From assembly GCA_030704615.1 (NCBI GenBank), contig CM060731.1:27652001-27716000 (forward strand): a stretch of 64,000 nt of DNA, read 5' to 3'. The notes beneath the pieces were generated by a model, which made no database searches, was not told the DNA's origin, and saw nothing but the letters and a program-made list of their open reading frames with translations. Below are positions 26,301-38,100 of the stretch, in pieces (the stretch's first letter is position 1; each line of letters starts with the position of its first letter). A program made the position numbers and the translations under genes. The stretch comes from Takakia lepidozioides. Taxonomy: Eukaryota > Plantae > Bryophyta.

Positions 26301-29300
26301 TAGTGCTATACTTTTGCCTATGTCCTGGAAAGTGGCCACGTAGGCCACAGGTGGACTGTGAACGGACTACCATTTCCAGTGCCCTAACCACCAATCTGTG
26401 TTTGAAGGTACCAAAGTAGCAAACAGCTGTTTACTTTAGCTGGCAGAGAGCTCCTTCTGCCAAATCAGCTAAACTTTATCCTTTACTTTTATGAGGCAGA
26501 CATGAATCTGATGCTTGCAAGTCCTTACTTAGGGAGAAGTTTGCGCCCAAAATACCAACTACGATGCTACAATGGCATTCAGAACAACCATGCCAGACTG
26601 GTGTGAGATTGGTAAGACACCTCACCTCCTCATTGCGGCCATCCAAATGTTTGAGGTGAACCTGCATGCCCATGTACAAAAAGTGGTTCAAACTTCAAAC
26701 AGCTAGATGCAAAGTTTTGGGCCTTACTCCAATTTTTCCACTGCAGAGGGATTAATATTGAAGTTACACATCAGCATTTCCAATCTCCCTTTCCTCTTTG
26801 CATCTGTTTTCTGTTCCAAGGTGAGGTAGATAGGCCCTTCAGATCATTCTGAAGGTCCTCACCCATGTCACAAACTGGAAACAAGTTCAGGGAAGTTCGA
26901 GCTTCTGACATGGCCTTAGACACTTCAGATCAGCTCCATCTAGCAGCGCCAGTTCTTCTTACCTAATATTGAGGTAGATGAAAATCTCATGTACCTTTTC
27001 CGCTAGGACTTGGCCTGTTTAACAGGACGGTCTTGCTTCCAAAATATAGAGTTGATCATTAGGCATGTGGTTCAACTGACGCCACCATCTTACCTTGAAC
27101 TCAGAGCGCAAGGGTGTTGCGCCAAACTCGCCCAGAACAGCCACATTAGCTGTTCTAGAGCACACTGATGTGCTCTCTGTCCGGTGTATTCTCATCAGAG
27201 AACAACCATCAGGAACATAGTCCCTGCACCTCTGTTCACCAACTTTCAAAATCTCAAGACTGAGCCTGAAGCCCTGTGGGATCTTATTGCTGGGCAGCTC
27301 ACACACAGAAAATTGATGCTTGTGTGAAAGGGCTTTCTAGAGGATATCTGGAAAGCCGAACTAATCCTTTATATCAAGGTAAGTCACACTACTGGAGTGA
27401 GTCCCTCACAAAGGCAGTGCCTATTCCCTATGTTTCTGTCCAACTGGGCGCAGGGTCTATGCTACAGCAAAGAAAGTCTTATGAGTACATTCTCTCCCTT
27501 TCGTCTTTTTAGCACTACTGTCTTCTGGTGTTGTTTGATGTTGTTTGAAGTGGTTTCTTTTTTAGCCCCAATTTTCGGTCTTGTTCTCTATTTTCCAACT
27601 CTGGGGCCTCAGTGGGAGGTTATAAAGTTTCTCAAAGTACCATTTATTCTTCCCCTGTCCTGCATATTGCAAAATCCAAGGCAGTACTATGGTCTCCATA
27701 GCTTCCAGTCTTTGGCAGAAGTTCAGTTTTGAGGATCGGAAGCGCTGGCATTCTCCCTGAGGCACTTTGTCTTTCTGGATGCTGTAAAGTTGCTTTTGGG
27801 CTGCTTGTGGAGGGCCCCTCTCTCTTTCTTGTTTATTTCTTTCTCTTGTCGCATTAGCTCTTTGAGCCCTCCATGGACGTTATAGAGTACCCTTTCATTT
27901 CTCTTGTGAATGTTATGAAGTTCCTTCCATTCTTTCGTCTTGTCTACTTTTCTTGCTCCATGCCCCTTTATTTGAGGGACCCTTCGTTGACGGTAATGGG
28001 CCTCATTCTACCCACCTAACAGTCAAACGCAAAGAAAATATGGTTATGGAACACCAAGCAAGAAGACAGAAGGGTTTGCGGAAGGTACCTTATAGTCTTG
28101 CATGAACTCATAGTGAAGCACTGTGTCGGGATCATCGCTGGCAGCTTTCAGGAACTTATCAAGTCCCTGCCTAGGACCATTGTCCACTGATCCCACCATA
28201 AATACATGTGACTTGCCAACCCACCATCACTAGATTTATTGCTAGTAAAATCATACTCGGAAATGAGATTACCATAATCTTTTTTACATGAAAGGTTTGA
28301 GGCATTCTCTTTCGGCATGTACCTGTACCACGAGTTTATGAATCTACAGATGTTGCTATCTGTTGGGCCCTTCATGAGGTCAAGCAGAACACCCTGTCCT
28401 ACATGTGAGTTACTATGACACTGTTTGGGCCAGGTGACTTAGGCTAGTGCAAGCCAGCCCAATGTGAACAACAGCTTTTACCCCCTGGAAGACAACCCTC
28501 CCATGTTGAGAGGCTTGGCCTAACGGATTTCTTTGTTGCTGCTTTTTTACCTTAAGAATGCCCATATCCTAGGGCTGCCACTGCCAGAACCCTGAAAGCA
28601 ATACCATCATTCTGTCCTGCAAACAGGCAAGTAGGTCCAACAACTACTGCTTGATGGATAGTGACATCACAGAAGGTGCATAATGTGGCTGCAGGCAGAC
28701 TGCTTACCACAATTAGTACCAAGAACATAGAGCTTCTCCAACCCCAAGTACTTCTCCACTGAGCGTAACGCTGTACAAACAAAAGATCCAGCACTCATTG
28801 ATGCTCATCACATAAGTACCTGTATTATGTTGTAAGCTGCTCAAAGTAGGTATACATACTGTTCAACATGTGCAATTTTGACGAAGTTTCACACCTAGTT
28901 GCTTTCAGCCTCAGAACCAACTCCAGGACCAGGAGCACCCTACCCAATGCTCAAAGTGACAGTCAATGAGTAAATCTCCCTCTCTTTCTTTCTGTCTTTC
29001 TTTCTTACGGACGTTATAAAGCGTCATTTCATTTCATTTCATTTCATTTCTTGCTACCTTGAAATTGTGTTGAAGTAGGTTAAAGTCCCTCTACTTTGTC
29101 CCAAGCTTGGGGCAACATTGAAGGTTTTTTGGGACCCTCCTCACCCCCTCCGTGGACATTAGAAACTTTTGTTCTTCCGTATCTCTCTACTGTCAACAAA
29201 CTCTTTCTTTTGCTTTTGGCTGCTTTGTAGCTTTGGTTTTGTCTCCTCTCACTTGTTTTTACCATTTTGTCCCATAAGCTCTTTGAGCTTTCTGCGGACG

Positions 29301-32300
29301 CTATAAAGTACCATTTCATTTCATTTCATCACGGAAGTAAAACATTCCCAGCTGTTGCAAGATCTAGGACACAAGGCACATTCTCAGTGTGTGCCTCCGC
29401 TGAGCATTGCTACTCCAAGAGCTCTTACGCTGGCATCACCAGGGTAGCCATTGACCCCACTCATATCCCCTAACAATGAAATGCAAAACGTGGCTTACCC
29501 TGCACCTGACACCCCACTCCACAAAAGAGGAGCCGCTTTACCCCTGCTGCCTGGAAACAGAGAAAACAGTGCACTGTAATGTACTCCATACACTGACTGG
29601 ACAGAATCCCACTATGAAGAACAAATGACAAACCTCTATGGAATAATGAACCCATAAACCACTTGGTGCAACCACCCCACAAGAAGTATGGTGAGAGAAC
29701 CGTGGATCAAGGGTTCCTTGACCTATGGACAGCAGGTTGAATTTTTACCAACAAAAGTCATCACAATCAATGGCTTTACCTCAACAAGAGCCAGAGTATT
29801 CAGATTTGGTGACAGTGTTGGCTTCACCCCTTTTGCAGCCAGGACTTCCTCTGGTGTCCTGCACAATAAAGCAGGTATACATACAATGGCTTATGAGGTT
29901 GTAGCTAAGGGTAAACAGTGAAGAGTTATGAAGGTGTTGACTAAGGAAGTGCAAACTTGATTTCTGCTGGTTGCCAATCCTCTAATTCTCAAAATTGGCA
30001 TGCAGGCCTGACAGCAGTGTCTTTTTGTGAGTGGAAGCTACATCCTAACACAATGCAGGTACTTCTGACACCTCCTTGTTTGACTCTATCTGATCCATTT
30101 CAACATCGCCGGCTGAGTTTTGCTTCTCCAGGCCATTTGCTCCAAATACTACAAAAGCATAGATCACGTTGAAATCATGCAATTTGAGCTCAAGGTGCTG
30201 GCGAAGCTAACCTGGCAAGCACTGGTTTCGGAGTGAACCTGTCGTCTGGATCACTGCACACAGCATTGGACATAAAAAAAATTAGGACAAAGAACCCTCT
30301 TTCTCTCTGCCCACGGACAAATTTCTCTCTCTTTGTACCATTTCATTTCATTTCATTTCTCTTTGAGCTTTCTGCGGACGTTTTAAAGTACCACTTCATT
30401 TCAGTTCTTGAGAACTTCCCTATCTTTGGCAAAGGAAATTTAGTGCGTTCCTTTCTTTCTTCTATGGAGAAACTCTACTTCAAGTCAAGTCAAATGAGCA
30501 CATCCCTTCCTCTCCTTTTATCTATTCGTATTCAATAGTGGGACTGAGACAGAAACCATGGTAAAATCTGTAGCCATCTAAAGAGCTGGAGGATAAGTGC
30601 TGGAAGCAACCTCATGCTACCACTTTGGATGTCAATGACCACAAACAATATTCATTTCTTTGCAACTGGATTGGCAGGAGCTACATGCACGAGCATAGGG
30701 ATATTTCAGGCCGAGTCTCATATACCCAGGTGGGTTGAAACCCTACAAGCGACTCCAGGATGTTAGTATACCTCGAGACTATGCCATCAAGCTTATGTCA
30801 TAGCAAACACTTGCACAGACCAATCCATGAGTACAGTTCCCACTCCAGGGAGGAGATAGCACCTTTGAACACACACCACAGCATCCACCAGATTGGATCG
30901 CAGCATTTCAATAGCAATAGTTGTTACAACACCTGTCCATTGTGCTCCTGTCACACATAATGATCATCAGGTTTCAGCCGACCTGTGAGTATAAGACATG
31001 ACCCCAAAATTGCCATAGTGCTCACACACAGCAAGCGACAATCAGTTTGCAGAAAGTTCAATGCAGGTTATGGCTGGCATTGACGTCATCCTGAGGGTGC
31101 CTCAAGCTGCGGTCTTCTAATCGTCTGATATGCAACAGGATGTGATAGATGTGGCCACAGTTGCCACAGTAGCCTTTCCTCTCAACTAGCTTAAGCAAAG
31201 CACAATAGTCAACAAAGTATGGAACCTTTTGTGTAGACATTTTGCCACTACTCTAGGAACTCTACAACCACCTTCACCCATAAAACTGTGACGGCGGATC
31301 AATAAACACTCACAAGGTTCGGGCCAGAGCTTGACCTACCAGATAGGGTTAGTTGGTATGGATGAGGATGGATCAATCGTTACCACGACAAACACAAGTG
31401 GTGATTTGGTCTTACATGATTGCCTTTAGGCAGAAGAACAAAATCAATTTAGGATGACAAACCCATACTATGAACATAACTACAAGCCTTTTTCTTTGAA
31501 AATATCCCAAAGAATCTTAGAGAGAGAGACATAGTTAGTTCACACCTGGTTCTAAGACAGATGAATGGAGGGCACTCCCAGCCCACTCCCAAAGGAGGCC
31601 TTACCGTAACCGTTGAGCATGATTGCCCCTTTGGCCCCAATCAAAATAGCCTAAGTTGTGTGGGGTTCTACTTTGTGCACAAACTGTGTGGCCCCTTCAT
31701 GTATATGGAATATGACAGGTCTCCTCCCCGCCAAAAGAAGTAGAAGATCTTTGTGTCTTGAAGGCAATGCACTCAGAAGAGTGTTCTAAACCGGATATAC
31801 TGTTTTCTAGCTCTTGTGATAAATGGCACATGCCTCATCAGGTGCATGCTTACCTTCAACAGGCTCAGTTTTACATGCATACAGCATTTCTTCGTGTACT
31901 CCAAAGAACAGATCATCCATGGAGTTGGTGTCCCGGCCCCGTCCATGCACCTTTGGTTCCAGTTCCTTTCCATCAAAACAACCACCCAAAACATGTACAA
32001 TTTGGCAGTCTCAATGTTCAGTTTCAAATAATCAACTGCAACATTATCAAACAGGGATAAAAACAAAAGTGCACCGAGGTGAAAGCAGTCGTGAGAGATG
32101 AACCTCAACCCTGGACATGCCGTCCCCCAGAAAAGCACAAGCATCCTTTACATGGGCAATGTAGTAGGTGTCACATAGTCCACACTGACTGCCATCCACA
32201 ACACCCAACTGAGCTACATCTTCAGAGAAATTGTCTCAACAAAATTTGGTGAGTTCCTTGCTCGAAACACGAACTGAAGCCTGGCCTTCAGTGTGCGATC

Positions 32301-33075
32301 TTAAGAAGGCATTCCTACCAGCATCATGGAGATTTTTTCAACCAAGAATAGATAGTTGAGTGAAAGAATTGCCTGCAATGGTCTTTGGCAGGATAAGTGG
32401 ATCCAGGTTTTATGGGCTTTGCTTTTCTCCAGTCTGTGGATGAGTTCACTGCAGCAGCTGTGCACCAAGTCCCACACACTTAACCTTTTGAGCTGCTCAG
32501 ATGGTCAAGCGTGCATATTTTCAGGCGGCATCGATTTCAGCAACGAAAGTTTAGTACGACGACCCCAATGGACTAGAGTCGATTCCCAAGAAACTAGGAT
32601 AACCAACATTTCACTTACTCTGGCCAATCATGATTGAGCCTCGTTACATTTTTTCCCAGCATGGCTCTCAGACAAATTGCCAAGGAAGCTTACGCGAGAT
32701 AAGGACGAGAAATTGCCAAGGACAGTGTAATGAGAAAATTGAAAGCAAGAATTTGGCACCTATGACACTTCTCAGTAGACACAAAGCCTCTAGATTCGCA
32801 TCTACGACTACTCAGTGTGTGTGCGTGTCTGTATGCGCCCCGATTGCTTCGCTCCTACTCGAAAGATGAAAACTCTTACCTCCCCCATCACTTCTGCCTG
32901 CAGCGTAAGCAACCTTCCCGCTGTGTTGTCTCTGTCGATGAGCTGGCCTCGAATTAAACTTGATGGGACTTAAAAACATAGCATAGGTTGGCAAGGCAGG
33001 GCAGGATGTAGAGGAATTAGAGGGCAGAGACAGAGGTATAGTAGTTTGACAAGATCCTACCATCGCCATAGCCAT
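23325..33075 (-). CDS. HCAR: 7-hydroxymethyl chlorophyll a reductase (chloroplast), 19 exons, ~495 aa. Exons: 33075-32880, 32457-32373, 32188-32104, 31965-31854, 30947-30863, 30253-30212, 29858-29780, 29550-29499, 28770-28708, 28186-28089, 26661-26626, 26206-26145, 25933-25906, 25661-25582, 25387-25318, 24345-24288, 23975-23911, 23695-23601, 23421-23325
   Basis: Manual splicing gives a Ser/Pro-rich transit peptide followed by TYPAKDHCSQCGLCDTYYIAHVK, GAQWTG, LFCGVGCQVQ, VIAPSCYSCFDYTN and GPKGLEFGRYSLDYHTIRNYL. All intron phases are consistent (1488 nt). Confidence 0.95.
24698..25230 (-). mobile_element. 5'-truncated copy of the RTEX-like LINE in HCAR intron 15
   Basis: [20 protein letters not shown] and CPMC...HFL match the C-terminus encoded at 43920-44452. 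Confidence 0.85.
26775..27495. mobile_element. 5'-truncated, 5'-inverted copy of the RTEX-like LINE in HCAR intron 10
   Basis: 26775-27170 is the reverse complement of ~43570-44065. 27180-27495 matches ~44115-44455 in + orientation. Confidence 0.8.
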
Positions 33076-35164
33076 GTCCAAAGCTGGCAAGAACAGGGGG
33101 AACAGCACCTGTATGGAAAACCCCTTTATTTCTCAGACTTATTTGCATTAATCCTTTCTCCCACACAACAAATCTACCTATATCACTCATGCATGTCCCT
33201 TCAACCCGTACGAAAGGCCTATCAATTGTCGAGCTTCTCCTGAATGCTCTTCTTCAAGCTCACAGAATCCGTGTGCGTCTGAAGTCTGGCAGAAGAGTTT
33301 CTCTTACGCTCTGTGCACGCGTTTCTCATCCGTCCGAGTGTTTGCATTCATAGTTTTGTATTTGCATCGATTGCCACGTCGGATTGGGCAGTTGAGCACC
33401 GTCTTCGTTGAAGATTTGGGTGTCCCTCGGCTGTAACAGCTTGTGCTGCGGTTACCCAGTCGCGCGCTCCTCCATGATGTAGGTGAATTAGTTGGGAAGG
33501 TGCAAGAGGTGGTGCTAGCCTCAAGCCAAGGGTGGGTTTGGTTCGATTATTAGGTGGGTCACTGATTTTTCTTCCCGTTGGATGATTTAGAGTCTGCCCC
33601 GTGTTGTTTTTTAGATTACTGTTCTTTGAAAGGGTGTTAGGTGTTTCTTAAGTTCGATTCTCGCTGTTCCTTTCCATTTTATGTGCTTACGTTCTTGATA
33701 GAGTCCGCTTCGTGGATCATCCTACTCTCTTCTGTAGTCTCCGCTTTGTTCCAAGTAAGGGCTGTTATTTGCATCATGACCAATGGTCCCTTCTAATCTA
33801 ATTGATTTTTTCTGTCGAAATTCAGCGTTTCTGAGTATCAAACATCTTCTTGGTCCAGCATTTTCCAGTGTGAGAAGACCGCGAGCCGATCAAAGGATTG
33901 ACGATCTCGAAGTTCAACCCTAATTTGTACCAGGTATGTGTTTGCTGACTTGTGCTAATCCTTCACCATGGAGAAAGAGAAAACACAACATTTAGTAGCT
34001 TGCCGTGGTCCTCGCTTGAGGGGCACATGTGAATGTCTGGCATGCTAGCAGTTGCCCGCTGGAAACTTCTCTCTCAAAGCCAGGCGCGGGGTTTGATTGA
34101 AACTCGTCGATAAAATTGCCATTGCCCTCGCCCACACCTTGAGTGTCGATTGAAGGGCTGGCATTGACCTCATTCTAGAAAGCATGATGTTTAGATTGTT
34201 GACGGAGCTTGAGAGTGGCGATGTCACGAACGAAATTTGGCCTGATTGTAGAAACATGTGGATCTTCTCTGTTAAAGTCAGACTAAACTCTGTAACAGAG
34301 TCTATAATCCAGTACATGGACGTACAGTCTCGGGTAATAAAAAGTAGAGGCAAACCTGGAGTATAGCAGAGATAGCAGGGGTGACCCTGGGTGCCCTTCT
34401 CAAGTGCAGATGGCATTGGAGAGTGATAGTGTTGATGAACCTTGCACGCTTGACTCACAATATCCCCATGATTGGCTGGTGAGGTTGCTAAGGTGGGAAC
34501 AACAAGCATGATATTGCTGTATGTTTGGCTAGAAATGAATTTGTAGAAGCATCTCCAAATGAAGTTAGATCAATGCACTTGCGAGCAATTGGGACTGGAA
34601 AGCAAACCACCCTGACACATGCCCATAGTTTGTTCTGGCCAGCATATGGTGGAGAGAGAGGGGGTATTTTCCGTTTTCCAAAACTTATGGGTCGCAACTG
34701 CAAATCATGTGGTGGGGAAAGTCTTCACATTCTGCTCAACTTTGAATGGTCCATCCATCTTAAGCCTTGGAAAACTCTGACTTGGGACTCTTCCAAAATC
34801 CTCAAGTCTGTACATAGACATATTTGTCTGATAAAGAGTTGACTATATATTAGAAGTTTTAACCAAAAGAAAGAAATGGAACTTGATAATGTCCATTTCA
34901 AGCTCAAAGTGCTGATGGTATGAAGGACAGTGGGAGGCCTGGTAGGAGAGGGGAGAGAGTTGTACGACACAGGGCCATCATCACCTTCTTGCTTGCCTCA
35001 AAATCTCCATAGACGTTCGCGGTTATGATGTGGGTGCAGAGATGGATAGGGACGGACGCTAGCTTTCTCATGATAAAGAAATGATTTGATGGTGCTTTGT
35101 GACTGCAGATCATTGTGGTATGAGCCTGACATTTGTGGTTATCAATTCCCATTAACCCTCCAAG

Positions 35165-38100
35165 ATGGCAAATAAGGCAGCCAATGGGGTGCTGTTGGAG
35201 GGGGCTATGGGGGCTCATTCAGCAGAGCCCAGTGTCTCAACTTTTGGGATCTCTCTCGCAGAGGCCACAGCGGCTGTTCAGAGAACAGCAGCTGCCCTGA
35301 TGGCAGCCCACTCCGCGGGAAATAACACCCTGCATGCTGCGGATTCCATTGGTTCAGGGGATGCTCAGGCGAGCCTGATCTTTACTGGCACTGGAGGCAG
35401 CCCAAAACCAACAGCTCCAGCTTCAAAGGGTGGAGTGAGCTTTGTGATTCCCAAGAACAAGCTCTCAGGTGCTTTAGTGCCTGTGGTTCGGAACAAGGGC
35501 AGCGAGTCGGAACCTACCACTGAAGTAAGGAAAGAGGATGATGAGAAGAAGACCACCAGGAAGACTAAATGGGGACCCGATTTGACACAAGATCCCATTG
35601 TTAAACGTGGTCGGGCACTTGCATTGCAGGTTGGTTTGGCATGGTCCTGCTTTGTGTCTGTGTGTCTTCCTATCTATCCTAGCTACACAATTCTTTGATC
35701 TGCAATCTGTTGTTTGGAACCTGGTGCAAGGTGAGCTTAGGTATGGTGTACTGGGCAAATGTTCCCCAAAATTATGAGCATGCAGGTTTTGTAAATGAAT
35801 GTGTGGGCTCTCTTTTAAAACCTACATAAACCGCAGTAAGATTTTTTGATGGTTCAAGAAAAGCACTTTGCTTGCACTCAGTGCAGGTACATGGCAAAAT
35901 TAAGTCAAGGAAAAGGATACTTAATGCGCCCTTGGGGCTACAGATATTCCCTGGTGCACATCTGTTTCCTTAGGCAGACCCCAAGCTTGACACCAAGAGT
36001 TGAACACTTTCGGTACCAAGTTGCAACTCCTTGCCTACTCGGCGGATGCCCAATCACTGGTTGCCATCTTGCCAGATGTGCAGTAGCTATACATGGCTTG
36101 CCACATGGTTCAGCCTCCGTATGATTCCTTCGTGGGATTCCTAGGCAGGGTGCCCAATGGACCACCTTTACACAGAAAGAGGGCTGTGGAAGACAGTCTG
36201 CCAATCAGCAGGCTATTCTGGCTCTCCAAAGGCTACAGGATCAGCAAGTCTTCTGTTTGCTATCAAATTGTGGCATTTGCATTGTTATTGATGGTATTAG
36301 GGTAAGTAGTAGGCCTGTTATGCAGGCTGTAAGTTACAAAGATGGATGGTTTCTATGGAAATGGGGAATTTTCTAATGCTGCCCACGTCATTCACATTGT
36401 GCCAAAACTCTCTTTTCCACCAGAAGTGCCTGGATGTTTTGTGTGTGGATGAAGTAGGACAGAAGGACAGGGACATGGTGCTGAGAGTAGTATGTTATTA
36501 AGGCTACTGCTGCCTGGCTTTGACCTTCTTGTCCCCAACGCCTCCTATCCTCTCTACTTCTAGTGTACCATGCACTTGGAGCCTTGCAAGAGCTATTTTA
36601 CTGGCTCGAAGGTATCTCTTATACCCGCCATCTCTAGTGCCATCTCTACCTCTTAATTTTATATGATGGTCTCTAACCAAATCTGAAAAAGGAAAAACTA
36701 TTATGCTCCTATTCCAGGTGAAAGGCATTAAAGTGACGTGAATGCCTGTTATTGGTGGGACGAATTTTGAGCAGACTCGCGCCGAGCAGATTGCCGCTCT
36801 GCTGGAATCGGGCTATTTGGAGATTGACACCAATGAGGCCACACGCTCCCCGTCACCCCCTCCAATCTATGACTCCAACGGGCAGCGCACCAACACTAGG
36901 GAGGTAATTAGCACTAGAGTGCACTCTTTCCCACTCATATAGTACCCAAGCTCTGCAGTTATTCCGTAATATTACAGCTTTTGCACCACTCTGCAGGTCC
37001 TTCATTCAGTACTCGTACTATTGAACTTCAGAATTTAGGCCTGGGGAGCAGATTGCATGAGCGAATGGGAATGACGAAACCCCCTGTAAATATAGCACAT
37101 TGGAAGTGCCTGCGTTTGTGATAACAAGGAGAAGGAACAAGAGTGGCTGTCTTTTGCTAAATGTGTACTGTCTAATTGCTTACAACATTAGGGCTAAGAT
37201 GATACTTTACTGAAGTATAACTTAATGTTGATGGTTTTGCAATGCAGGGAAGGAGGCGAGAACAGATGGATTTGGAAAGGCGAGAAGCTATTGGTAGTCA
37301 CACTCACACTTTCTTGCTTTCATTTTTGTTGGGAGTCGTTGATTGGGCTTCAAATTCCCGTCATTTGGTAATTCTAGCAACAAAACACAGACTTGCCATA
37401 GCAACTGAGGGAGGCCCTTTACTGAAGACGCCTTGACGTTGGAGATGCTTTCATGGACTTCGCACCAATTGTGAGGTTTTAGGAGGACCTTACAGCTCCT
37501 TTCTCCACCACCTGCTGTTGTGAGAAATTGTCACTCATTGTTGAAAGTCTTTATTTTTAGCTCTACTCTCTGTTTTGAATTGGCCCCATCTTACTTTTTG
37601 AGACTAGTAATACTTACTAATTGTCTATGCCACAGGTGAATGTATGCAATTAAACCCTTCCTATAAACCACCAGCAGGATACAAGCCTGTCTACAAGGAG
37701 GCCAAGCTCTTTATCCCGGTTAGTCAATCCCCCTGGCACTCTGCAGGTTCACCCGCATACTTTGCAGAAGAAAATACATCTCTATTCAGTATCATGGAAG
37801 ACTGTACGTTAGAAGTGAAATAGTCTTTGGAGGGATTAATAAGGGAGCTTGTCACGTGACCCACATACGTCTCTATCAACTATGTTCATATGGCAATCTT
37901 GTTGCTGTGAAGAAGGAATATTGTTCAAAGTGATGAGCTGTGGGGCCTGGTTGGTGTTTGTCCTGACTGAAAGAAGCAGGTTGGTAGACCAGGCAGTTGC
38001 AAAGCTCAGTCAGGGAAGGTGACTGGCATGATGCTGGGAATTCTTTCGTGGGCGTTTTAGTGTCTTGACTGGCATACTTCAGAAAAAATCATGGATTAGC

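Noticed and set aside
32628-32650. miR171-like sequence (TGATTGAGCC)
   Set aside because: Only about 10 nt match and no hairpin partner was seen.
34045-34842. ORFs of 154 and 105 aa
   Set aside because: No motifs recognised; probably within the 5' leader intron of the SF1-like gene.
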